64,000 nucleotides of DNA from Mobula hypostoma (Eukaryota): the NCBI RefSeq assembly GCF_963921235.1, contig NC_086098.1, positions 154,566,001-154,630,000 of the forward strand, in the 5' to 3' direction. Below the pieces are notes generated by a model. The model saw only the letters and a list, made by a program, of their open reading frames with translations, was not told the origin of the DNA and ran no database searches. Shown piece after piece: positions 51,560-63,290 of this stretch (position 1 is its first letter; each line of letters begins with the position of its first letter). The position numbers and the translations under genes are program-made.

Positions 51560-53225
51560 TAGCACCCTCACATTCATCAGCATTAAACTCCATCTGCCAT
51601 CTTTCAGCCACTCTTCTAATTGGTTAAATCGCTCTGCAAGCTTTGAAAACCTACTTCATTATCCACAACTCCACCTATCTTAGTATCATCTGCATACTTA
51701 CTAATCCAATTTACCACCTCATCATCCAGATCATTAATATATATGACAAACAACATTGGACCCAGTACAGATCCCTGAGGCACACCACTAGTCACCAGCC
51801 TTCAGTCTGACAAACAGTTATCCACCATTACTCTCTGGCGTCTCCCATCCAGCCACTGCTGAATCTATTTTACTACTTCGATATTAATACCTACCGATTG
51901 AACCTTCCTAATTAACCTCCCGTGTGGAACCTTGTCAACGGCCTTACTGAAGTCCATATAGACAACATCCACCGCTTTACCCTCGTCAACTTTCCTTGTA
52001 ATCTCTTCAAAAAGTTCACTAAGATTTGTCAAACATGACCTTCCACGCACAAATTCATGTTGACTGATCGTAATCAGACCCTGTCTATCCAAATATTTAT
52101 ATATACCATCTTTAAGAATACTTTCGTTCAATTTACCCACCACTAACTTCAAACTCACAGGCCGATAATTGCTAGGTTTACTCCTGGAACCCTTTTTAAA
52201 CAATGGAACAACATGAGCAATACGCCAATCCTCCGGCAACATTCCCGTTTCTAATGACATTTGAAATATTTCTGTCAGAGCCCCTGTTACTTCCACACTA
52301 ACTTCCCTCAAGGTCCTAGGGAATATCCAATCAGGACCCGGTGACTTATCCACTTTTATATTCCTTACATCCTTCCCATAAAACAAATTGTCTCAATCCA
52401 CTCCTTCTAAATCCTTTCGCATCTCCTCAAAGTTAGCCTTTCTCCAATCAAAAATCTCAACCCTGGGTCCAGTCCTATCCTTCTCCATAATTATATTGAA
52501 ACTAATGGCATTCTGATCACTGGACCCAAAGTGCTCCCCAACACAAACCTCTGTCACCTGCCCTATCTCATTCCCTAACAGGAGATCCAACACTGCTCCT
52601 TCTTTAGTTGGTACCTCTATGTATTGCTGCAAAAAGCTACCTTGCACACATTTTACAAACTCCAAACCATCTAACCCTTTTACAGAATGGGCTTCCCAGT
52701 CTATGTGTGGAAAATTAAAATCTCCCACAATCAAAAACTTGTGCTTACTACAAATATCTGCTATCTCCTTACAAATTTGCTCCTCCAATTCTCGCTCCCC
52801 ATTAGGTGGTCTATAATACACCCCTATAAGCGTTACTACACCTTTCCCATTCCTCAATTCCACCCAAATAGCCTCCCTAGATGAGTCCTCTAATCTATCC
52901 TGCCAAAGCACCGCCTTTATATTTTCTCTGACAAGCAGTGCAGCACCTCCCCGTCTTGCCCCTCCGATTCTATCACACTTGAAGCAACGAAATCCAGGAA
53001 TATTTAGTTACCAATCACATCCCTCCTGCAAACATGTTTCACTAATAGCTACAACATCATATTTCGAGGTAGCAATCCATGCTCTTTGCTCATCCACCTT
53101 TCTTAGAATGCTCTTAGCATTAAAATAGATGCATTTAAGAAAGTCTCCACCTCTTACTCTCTGTTCATCCCTAATGTTGCAAACAACTTTGTTATCTTTT
53201 TCTTCCTTCTCCCCTACATCTAGAT
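51560..53225 (-). mobile_element. CR1 LINE fragment (APE and RT, internally deleted)
   Basis: ORFs 51865-52386, 52393-52911 and 53008-53262 carry YRPPN, VGDFN and YMDFSKA motifs. Confidence 0.88.
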
Positions 53226-53232
53226 CAGAATA

Positions 53233-53880
53233 TGGCGGCGCAACACAGCGCGGAGCGGCCACTCCGGAATGAATATCTGTTAGTTGTTAAGTAGGATGCC
53301 GTGCACAATCTTGATTTGATGGAGACGGGCGTGAGAAGGACAGAGGAACATCTGGAGAAACTTCTGAAATGTCTGTTTCGTTGCAACTGCTAATGTGCAA
53401 TCCAGAATCTCCAATGGGGAAGGCCCCGAACCCTCAGCTTTGCCTGTTGCTTGCCGGCCTGGGTTGGGGTCGAAGCGCTCGGCAGAGATAGTGCTCGGTT
53501 CTCGGTGTTGGAGGCTCGAAGTTTTCGGATGGACTCAGAGTCGGGTGTGGTCCTGTGCTTCCAGAATGCTGCATCGGCAAGTTTGCGGCGCTGGAGGTTC
53601 ATGGCAGGGACAGTTTTTCTTCCTTCGACCGTCTCGTGAGGTGATGGGGCTATCGGGACTTTGAGACTTCTTTTTACCGTGCCCATGGTCTGTTCTTTAT
53701 CAAATTACGGTATTGCTTTGCACTGTTGTAACTATATGTGATAATTATGTGGTTTTTGTCAGTTTTAGACTTGGTCTGTCTTGTGTTTCTGTGATATCAT
53801 ACTGGAGGAACGTAGTATCATTTCTTAATGCATGCATTACTAAAAGACAATAAACGAGGACTGAGTGTCCACATAATCTA
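53233..53880 (+). repeat. Unclassified interspersed repeat with GC-rich 5' part and AATAAA-containing 3' tail
   Basis: Abrupt composition change; absent from units 1 and 2; tail looks like a non-LTR 3' end. Confidence 0.4.
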
Positions 53881-54549
53881 ACCAAATCTTCGGTCTGAGT
53901 GCTCCCATTCTCTGCACCTGCCTATCATCCCTCACATATAACACGGGAAAGCTTTAACCCGAGCAGTTTAACGCAATATTCTGTGGATTATATTGATGAT
54001 ACTTTCCACTTCGGAGACGAGGGTGCAGAATAGCAGAAATAGGAGTATGAATCTCCAAGATATATTTGAGAAATAACAGGTGGATACGCCTCTGAGACAC
54101 TACTCAAATTCCTTCTCAATTTTCTTTATAACGTTACACTTTTCTCGCAATAACCTACACGTTGTAAAGTAGTCTTTCTGTTCGCCTGTATCAATTAATC
54201 GCTTCGTATTTCTGGTCAGATGCAACCCTTCTCGCCCTGAGCTATTTCCACCTATGGCAACCTCAAACCCACAGTACTTCAGCCGCTTCTTCCCATTTTG
54301 ATATACTGTTGGTTTATGTGCCCCCTCTGCATTTGTGTGTGTGGGGGGGGGAGGAGAGAGTTTGGGGCTGTGTGGAAATGTGCAAATGTCAGGGACAGTG
54401 AACCTGTGAATCAGTCATAAATTGGTAAATTTTCGAATTGCTTAATTGTGGTTTCATGCACCGAGGTGCAGTGAACAACTTGCCTTGCAGTTCATTCATG
54501 CAGATCAGTTCATCAGTGCATTGAGACAGCACAGGCGCGCAGAATAAAG

Positions 54550-57500
54550 TGTAAGGGAGTTTCGTCTTTTATGTTACTGTGTAGGCTAATTAAAATGGCT
54601 TCTTTGTTATGTTATACTTGGGAATGCTTCTTTGTTATGTTGAACGCTGAGACAGTTTTGCGCTAGCAGCTTATTGTGGGTTAGAGGGTGATAAGAGGAT
54701 GTTACGAACCAATTGGGATAGTTGTTATGACTTTGGTGCATCTGGAAGATTTGTATGCGCGGGGTTTTGAGGTAGAAGGTGGGAGAGAGAGACAGAGAAT
54801 GGACCAGGTGCTGTGAGTCCCCTAACGGGGTCGGACCCCGAGTGGGCGTTCGGCGTGGAGGGGAGACGGAGACGGACTCGTGTGGAGCGTTTGGTAGAGC
54901 ACCGTTGCTGGTCCCAGGCGACCGGTCGAGGTGGTCCGAGGGATCGCAGGGTGAAGAAGAAGGGTCCCGAGCTCCAACTCTTTGTGCACGAAGAGATTGA
55001 ACTTTGATAAGTGTGGCGCCTTCTATTGTCCTTTTATATTTTATTCACTATTAATTATATAGTTCCAGTAATATCTATAAACTGTAAATCATTTAATCGT
55101 ATCTGGTGTATAGTCTGTTATTTGAGCGGGGTGAGGTACATCACACAGCATCCACACAAAGTATTATCCAGTTTGCCGGGGCCGAGAACTGTTTCCCTAG
55201 ACGACAGCGAGCCGAGCGACGCTGAGGGTGGCCGGGGGGGCAACATTATGTGGGCTTTCGTCCAGAATTCAACCTACTGCTATGCTGTGTGGGTGCCCTG
55301 TTTAAAACACTAATGTGTGTCTCTGTGGGTTATTTGCTGGTTATTGTTGTATGCGTGGTGGGTGAGGTCTCTGTTCGAGTTCAGACCAGCATTGACGAGT
55401 TGGAGGTGGAAAACGGGGCGGTCCATGCTGTTGAGAGAGAGAGGAAAGAGTGGTCTGATTTGGAGGTAGTGTGTGCGAATAAATGTTCTAGCTCTGGCAG
55501 GCTCCGCCTGGCGTTTGGGATAGTGTCCACCTCAAGAGGGGCGGAGGCGTGCGAGACGCGGGCGGAGCGGATCTCTCAGTTGTTAGATGAGTGGCAGTGC
55601 TCGGTTGAGGGAGAGCGACAGGGATTGTTTGAAAGTTTAAGGAGGCGGGCCGGTGACGGTGTTAGAGCTGTCAGGTATTTGAAAGAGGGGGGAACGTTTT
55701 CAGTGTGTCTTCTCTGGCTAGGAGGGCGGCTAAAATGCTTGCATTTCCAGGGGGATCATTTCAGGGGATCAGCCCCTCCTTCAGTTGTTCACCTGATCAG
55801 AGAGGTGTCGGGAAACTTAGTGGCGGCCCAGTGGGGGAACGGCTTGAGGTCTCTGAGGAAGCACGTTCCCAGCAATGTACCAATGAACTTCCGAAAGGAA
55901 AAGATCCTATTCCTGAAGGCTTAGAGGGACCACGCCCCAGGGTGTCGTTATGGATAGAGGGAAGCGATGCTAAAGCCATCCTCGACCCAGGGGCACAGGT
56001 CAAGTTGTTATACAGTTCGTTTTACAACCGGTGTCTGAAGCATTTACCATTGACAACCGCAAGGGCACCGGAGATTTTGGGTACCAGTGGCAGTAGTTAT
56101 CCAGAAGACGATGATTGGTTAATGACCCTGGAGTTCATGGGGGCATTGTTTGGGCACCCAGCGTGCCGAGTTCCTTCTGAGGACGTGTGTAGCAGCCTTG
56201 AGCCGGTACCGAATTTAAACAAGACCCAGCGATGGTACGGCCTGGGGAAAGTAGCTCAGGGTGAGACCCTCTTAGTGGATGCTCCGAACTACCACGAGGG
56301 AGGAGAGCTGACCGCTGAAGACACCTCTGTGAGAGAGAGGTCGCGGCAACTGGACTCTAGCGCCGTGGAAGACGTGTGTAAGGATTATGCGACGTGGTTT
56401 ATGTGCTGGATCTGAGGAGTGGATGTTGCCAGGTCCCGAGGAGTGCGGCTGTCGAGCCAACGACGGCCGTTATTAGTTCTCTAGGATTCTTCCGATCTGA
56501 AAAAAAGCCCAAGGGCATATCTGGAGCCCCTGCATCCTTCCCGCTGGGCACGAGGAAGACCATGGGGAAAGTGAAGGTGTGTGGAGTTTTGGCGTATGTG
56601 GATGACCGCCTAGAGCTTGGGTTCGCCTGGGGAAACTATGAAGCGAGGCGAGTGGCTGAGCCCGGGCGACAGAAGTGAAGTGTAAATTGTGGAGGAGTTT
56701 TTGGCCGGAGGAGTTTGGTACAATGTGAGAAAATTGACCCGACATATCAGTTGAACATCCTAGTGTTGGAACAGACGTTGGTGGACCTGGGGATGGAAAC
56801 CCAGGACGTCAATCTGAATGAGATACAGGGGAGAGAGGGGATTTGCACCGCTGAACTGAGTGCTCAGAAATGCCGGCCGGAGACTGAGTGCCGCACTTGT
56901 GGGACGACCATTGCAGACTTGGAATTCACGCTCGTCAACGTGGAGAGGGAGCAACGAAATTCCGAGCGGACACTGCGGTCGTGTACTGATGAATTAGTCC
57001 AGCGAGAAGAAACAATGACCCACCTTCGGAGGGATCAGCAGAAACTCAAGACGTCGATTCTGAAAAGATTGGAAGACTTACAAGTTGGGGAAGATCAAGG
57101 AAATGTTCTGACTAAGGCCAGCAGAAAACCGAGAGCCCAGGGAGGGGAGTTTGACTACGCTCCCGAGGAGGTGAAGAAATGGAGGACAGATCTCGGAAAA
57201 GGAGGCGGACGCTTGAAAGGAGCCTGAAGGTGACTATCGCGAGTTTAAATGAAGTGGAAAAAGTGAAAGTTGACCTGGAAGACGTCCTCAGGAAGAAACA
57301 ACCGGAGGCTGAACATTCTTTAACTGCTGCTTTTCAGGTCAGGGTGGAAGAAGCTGGTGGGGTAACTGCGTCCCGGATTGAGATGGCCAAGAACCCTGAG
57401 TCAGAACTGCTGAGGCTGTGGAGAGAGTTGAAGGAGTCCCTGAAGAAGCTGACGTCTCGACTGCAGGAGGCTGAAGGGGTGGCCCCAGCTAAATGTTTAA

Positions 57501-58699
57501 GTTTGGAGAAGCTCAAACAGCAGCTACTGATCGAGGGAATGAAGAAGAATACGGATTCGAAGGATGATGTGCTGCACATGTGGTACATGCTGCCTTTCGC
57601 TAACTTCCCCGTGATCGAGGAAGAGACCTTTGGTCCTTCTCCCACTAAGTCAGGTGTAGCCGGGAGGGCTCGCTGTGGGCAGTCTGAGTTACGGCAGGAT
57701 CAGGAAGGAAAAGAAGCGGGGCCCCGGACACGGGACACGGGGCTCCGAGCTGTAATGGTGGCCTGAGTGAAAGAGGAGTTGGCAAGCAGGCCCCAGGTAT
57801 CCCTAGTAGTATCTGAGACTTTTGGGTTTAGGTGAGGGTTAAAAAGCTCCCAGCTAGGTTGGCCGTGGGACGGGCGGAAGGTCCACTGTTTGGGGAGCAC
57901 TGTCACTGTGTGTATCTGTGTATGTGCATGTTGTGTGTCTGCAGGACTGGTTGGCGAATTATTTAGAAGTCATGAGGACATGACTTTATTTGGTGGGGGG
58001 AGAGTGTAACGGGGCTTCGTTTTTTATGTTACTGTGTAGGCTAATTAAAATGGCTTCTTTGTTATGTTATACTTGGGAATGCTTCTTTGTTATGTTAAAC
58101 GCTGAGATAGTTTTGCGCTAGCAGCTTGTTGTGGGTTAGAGGGTGATAAGAGGATGTTACGAACCAATTGGGATAGTTGTAATGACTTTGGTGTATCTGG
58201 AAGATTTGTATGCGCGGGGTTTTGAGGTAGAAGGCGGGAGAGAGACAGAGAATGAACCAGGTGCTGTGAGTCCGCTAACGGGGTCGGACCCCGAGCGGGG
58301 CGTTCGGCGAGGAGTGGAGACGGAGTCGGGCTCGTTTGGAGCGTCTGGTCGAACAACGTTGTTGGTCCCAGGCGGCCAGTCGAGGTGGTCCGAGGGATCG
58401 CAGGGTGAAGAAGAAGGGTCCCGAGCTCCAACTCTTTGTGCACGAAATGACTGAACTTTGATAAGTGTGGCGCCTTTTATTTTCCTTTTATATTTTATTC
58501 ACTATTAATTATATAGTTCCAGTAATATCTATAAACTGTAAATCATTTAATCGTATCTGGTGTATTGTCTGTTATTTGTGCGGGGTGGGGTACATCACAC
58601 AGCATCCACACAACCTATTATGCAGTTTGCCGGGGCCGAGGGCTGTTTCTCTAGATGTCAGCGAACCGAGCGACGCTGAGGGTGGCCAGGGAGGCTACA
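54550..58699 (+). mobile_element. Non-autonomous Gypsy-like LTR retrotransposon carrying a myosin rod fragment
   Basis: LTRs at 54550-55245 and 58005-58699 (TG...CA); TSD AAAG at 54546-54549 and 58700-58703; degenerate PBS; PPT GGTGGGGGGAGAG; PNMA/gag-like LLDEWQC, protease ILDPGAQV and RT remnant VLAYVDD. Confidence 0.92.
56817..57530 (+). pseudogene. Transduced intronless sarcomeric myosin heavy chain rod fragment inside the LTR element, with one frameshift near 57197
   Basis: Motifs [53 protein letters not shown] and [19 protein letters not shown] are colinear with MYH AELTAKK, IDDLELTLAKVEKE, LDDLQAEEDKVNTLTKA, RLEEAGGATSVQIEM and KKLAQRLQEAE..AKCSSLEK (recalled, aligned by eye). Confidence 0.85.
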
Positions 58700-59259
58700 A
58701 AAGTGTTACTGTTACAGAGACAGTGCAGTACAGGTAGATAGTAAGGTGCAAGGGCAAAACGAGGTAGATTGTGAGGTCCAGAGTCTATCTGATCGCAGTA
58801 GGAAACGTTCAGTGGTCACATAACAGCGAGATAGACGCTGTCCTTGTGCCTGGTGGTATGTGCCTTTAAGGCTTTTGGATCTTCTGCCCGATGGGATGGG
58901 GAAGAAGAGAGAATATCCGTGACGGATAACGTCTTTGCTTATATTAGTTGCTTTGCCGAGGCAGCGAAAGTGTACACAGAATCCATGGAGAGGAATTGGC
59001 TTCCGTGATGTGCTGAGCTCTATGCACAACTCCTTGTAATTTATTTCATTTACCAGCAGAGCAGACACCATACGCAGCCTTGCTGCATCCAGACAGAATT
59101 CATCGATATAAGTTGGTGAGAGTCGAAGTTAGAGCGCCGGTGAGCGCTCTTTGCCCTGATATCTAGGTGGTTGGACCAGGATAGGTTGTTGGTGATGTCC
59201 ACTGCACGGACCTGAATTTCTCAACCCTCCCTCTCGACCTCAGCATCATTTACATCGTT

Positions 59260-59365
59260 GCCCGCTTATTTCCTGAAATCTAGATCCAATTCATTCGTGA
59301 GTGGAGATTTACATGAATATATATTTCAGTGACTTTGCAGTCTTCCACAGTTCTTAAGGAGCAGC
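59260..59365 (+). promoter_or_regulatory. IgL cluster 3 promoter with mutated octamer (ATTTACAT, 59307-59314)
   Basis: Aligned with clusters 1 and 2; G>A in the octamer; altered GC box. Confidence 0.8.
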
Positions 59366-59433
59366 TTCGAAAGCCCGGAACAGGACTTGTGTCCGAAAGC
59401 CTTTGACTTCTGATTCTTCTTATCTGCTTCACC

Positions 59434-59955
59434 ATGGCTAACTGGGTCCTGGTTCTTGCCGCGTTTGTGTACTCTTTGATCAGTAAGTAGAATACTTATT
59501 CTTAGCCATTACTGTCCCTTATGTCGTTCTTTTTTACTAAAGGGTTTTAAATAATTATTTGTTACTTTCGCCAGCTGCAAACGCGGAGATGACTTTGACT
59601 CAGTCTCCGTTCGTATTGGCGTCTCCGGGTAGAACCGTGAAAATCATTTGTACCATGTCAGGGGGTAGCATCGGCAGCTACTACACGAGCTGGTACATGC
59701 AGAAACCCGGCAGCGCCCCAGTTTTTGTGTGACATGGAAACTCCACGAGAGGATCGGGAATTCCTGATCGATTCACCGGTTCCACGGACTCATCGAGCAA
59801 CCAAATGCATTTAACCAGCATCTGCAGAATTCCTGTTGTTCAAATGCATTTAACCATCACCAAGGTGCAATGGGAGGACGCCGCCGATTATTACTGCGGT
59901 GTCTGGCACCACACAATATTCACCTCTGGGAGAGGAGCTAAACCGAATTTCAACA
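59434..59955 (+). pseudogene. IGL: Ig lambda cluster 3 leader (59434-59482) and germline-joined V-J (59575-59955), pseudogene
   Basis: TGA at 59730-59732 replaces Trp; 39-nt insertion in FR3; FGRG changed to SGRG; J donor G deleted (AAC A TAAGT). Confidence 0.95.
59818..59840 (+). mobile_element. 23-nt Penelope terminal micro-insertion with 16-bp TSD
   Basis: GCATCTGCAGAATTCCTGTTGTT is identical to the Penelope terminus at 7682-7704; flanked by CAAATGCATTTAACCA at 59802-59817 and 59841-59856. Confidence 0.9.
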
Positions 59956-60589
59956 TAAGTTAATATTTGGTGGAGTGTGATCACCTTTTGATTTTGTTTG
60001 CTTTTTATTTTGTTTGAACCTTGGATTAATATTATCAATCCTAATACTTCGATCCCGTTTACAGGACACTTCCCATTTCATCCGTACAATACCGCAGGCA
60101 GAAAACTAACACATATGCATCCCGTTTGCTTGGTAGGGTTACTTAATTTAGCTGAAAAGTATCTTCAAAACAACTTGTTTTCATTGCAATAACATTTTTA
60201 AAATAGCTTCGTGAATAAGTGCTTCGTTCTGTTGGCGAGAGTTCCTCAAATGTTTCCCAGGGAACAGATGTATTAAAATATATTCAGAACAGTTAGTTTT
60301 TGTATTAGACAGCGGAGGTGAAGTCCTGTTTAAAGCCAGCAACTCCTTATATGAAGGATCTGAATGCCAATCGGCTGGAATATATTTCTGCTAATATTGC
60401 TTTATTTTGTGTGTGTGTTATATGTACTGTGTTGTGCACCTTGGTCGCCTAGAATGTTGTTTTGTTTGACCATATACGTGTAAACAGTTGAACCACAATA
60501 AACTTTATTCTGAACCTGAAGCTTAATGAGGACAAGAGCAGAGCTGTGAATGTTAACGAATTGCAACAGAGAATTTCTATTTCCTTATG

Positions 60590-62150
60590 ACCGTAAACCA
60601 TAGGAACAGAACGAGTGTGCTCCGTCATTTGATCATCGCTGGAATATTTTCTCTCAAGCCCGTTCTCCTGACTTCTCCCCGTAACCTTTGATGCCATTAC
60701 TAATCAACAAAGTATAAAACTCCATTTTAAATATACCCAAAGACTTGGTCTCCACAGCCTCCTTTGGCAATAAATTCCACAGATTCACTACTTTACGGAT
60801 AAATAAATTCCTCATTATCTCCGTTCTAAAGGGCTGTCCTTCTATTCAAAGGCTTTTCTCTCAGGTCTAGACTCTTACACTATAGGGAGCATCCTCCCAC
60901 TTCCACTCAATCTAGCTCTTTCAGTATTTAGCACGTTAAAATGAGACTACTCCCTCTCTCCCCCACCCCCCCCCCCAAATCCTCTGAAATCCAGCGTGTA
61001 CAGGCCAATTGCAATCAAATGTTCCTTATACTTTAACTCTTTCATTGACGGGATCATTCCTGCAAACCTCCTCTGGTCCCTCTCCAATGCCAGCACATCC
61101 TTTCTTAGATATGTGGCCCAAAACTGCTCATAATACTCTAACTCTGGTCTGGATATTGCCTTTTAAACCCTTAGAATTACATCCTTGCTTTTATATTCTA
61201 CTCATCCCGAAATGAATACTAACCTTGTGTTTCCCTGCAAGTTATCATTTAGGGAATCCTGCACGAGGACTTCCAAGTCCCTTTGCACCTCCGACTTCTT
61301 AATTCCGTCCCCGTTTAGAAAAAAGTCTGTACCTTTATTTCTTCTACCATCGTGCACGACAGTACAATTTCCTACACTGTATTCCATCTGTCATTTCTTT
61401 GTTCATTCACCTGATCCGTCAAGATCATTCTGGGGACTCCTACTGCCTCAACACTGCCTACTCCTCCACCTATCTTTGCATTATCCGCAAACGTGGCCAC
61501 AAATCCATAAATCCCGTCAGCCAGATCATTAACCTTTAGCATGTGACGTAGCAGACTCAACACCGATCCTTGCAGAACACCACTAGTCATAGGTCGCCAA
61601 CCAGAAAAGATTATTCTCACGCTTTTCTCCTGCCAGCTGGCCAATGCTCCATCCTTTCCTGTAATACCATGTGCTCTTATCCTGGTCAGCAGCTTGATGT
61701 GTGACACTTCGTCAATGGTCTTCTGAAAATCCAAGTCTACAGCATCCACTGACTCTTATCTGTCTATCCTGCCTGGTATTTTCTTAAGGAATCTCAACAG
61801 ATTTGTCTACTAAAATTCCCCTTAAGCGAACAGTGCAGATCACGGCTTATTTTATCGTATGCCACAGAATACCTAGAAATTTCTTCCTAACTACAGTAAT
61901 GGATTCTAGCAATCTCGATATACTTAAATTCCGATTAAACAGCAGCATGTTTACTAGGAAATTAACTGACGTCAGGCTAACAGGCCCATAATTTCCTGCA
62001 TTTTGTCTCCCTCACTTCTCAAACTGTGGAGTAATATTTGTGATATTCCAGTCACCCGGGCCCATGGACCCATTCTTGAAAGATCGTTACTAATGCCTCC
62101 ATAATCTATCCACCTACCGCCTTCAGAATCCTGGAGCGTAGTCCATCTAG
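60590..62150 (-). mobile_element. Decayed CR1-like fragments in the cluster 3 J-C intron
   Basis: Paralogous to 33570-35110. Confidence 0.75.
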
Positions 62151-62967
62151 TTTGGTAACTGAGAGTGGTTATCGTGTTTTCTTTCAGTGTGTATTACCCT
62201 GGTCCAACAACCCCTTCGGACTTTTTGTGGGACTAAAAATTTAAAAATCCAAGTTGAAAACTTTAACTGGTATTATTTATTCCCATTAAAATATTTCCAA
62301 GATTTTTAGCCATTCACAATCCCTGCTTTACTGCGGCGAATTATGGCATCTCCGAGGAGAGACAAAGGCACAGTATGTCAACTAAATCGACTGCCTCATC
62401 TCTTGCTTTTTACGTGGATAGCTGCGACGACATTTCGGTGTTTTGCCACGCGCTTTGCCATATCTCTTTCGGGATTTGTTATTGGTTCTATGATTCATGT
62501 CTTTACGATTTTAACATCATGGAACATGCCAATAATCTGTCACAATATTAACTATAGCATAGTTACATCAGATTGGATCGGGGTATCACGGGATATATAA
62601 AGTATATCTTATGTATACTGGAGAGTATTTCACCATTAGAGGGGCTCTGTCAGCAATCGTTCAGAATCCTCTCCAATCGGATTTTGTTTTGCCATTATAT
62701 CGAAATTTGTTATTTTATTGCTTTGAATTGTGCTGTTATGAAAACATCCTCGCTTTCTTTTACTTTGTAGCGATGTCTAATGTTCATGATGTATATTGGT
62801 TTTGGTGAGTTTGTGGAAGATCAAAATGCATTAATGAGATTCCGCGGTACCGGGGTTCTCAAGTATTCTGACTTTTATGGTTATAAAATCCCTGTAAAAA
62901 AGACAAAGTTTGATTCCAATTTATATCAATTAATAATTCATTTCCCTGCATTTCTTTCTATTTACAG

Positions 62968-63290
62968 ATCCGCGAAAACCCGCTATATCCGTCCTCCGAC
63001 CGGCTGCGGAGGAAATTCAGGGACAGGGCACCGCCACCCTGGTGTGTTTGGTGAGCGGGTTTAATCCGGCCGCTGTGAATATCGAGTGGACGGTGGACGG
63101 CAGTACGAGAAGGAATGGCGTTGAGACCAGCCGGATCCAGCAGGACACGGACAGCAAGTTCAGTGCGAGCAGTTACCTGACTCTGCCGGCCTCAGACTGG
63201 AACTCACACGAGCATTACTCCTGCGTGGTTAAACACGAGTCTCAGGCCACCCCATTTCTTTTTTTTATAATTTTATTTTTATTTGGATAA
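62968..63290 (+). pseudogene. IGL: Ig lambda constant exon, cluster 3, 3'-disrupted by an antisense LINE
   Basis: Matches the cluster 2 C exon up to 63258, then runs into a poly(T) tract; terminal RSSCM is replaced by LFFIILFLFG-stop. Confidence 0.92.

Noticed and set aside
56715-57766. A host myosin gene exon cluster
   Set aside because: No introns or motor domain; internally deleted and frameshifted; enclosed by paired LTRs with a TSD
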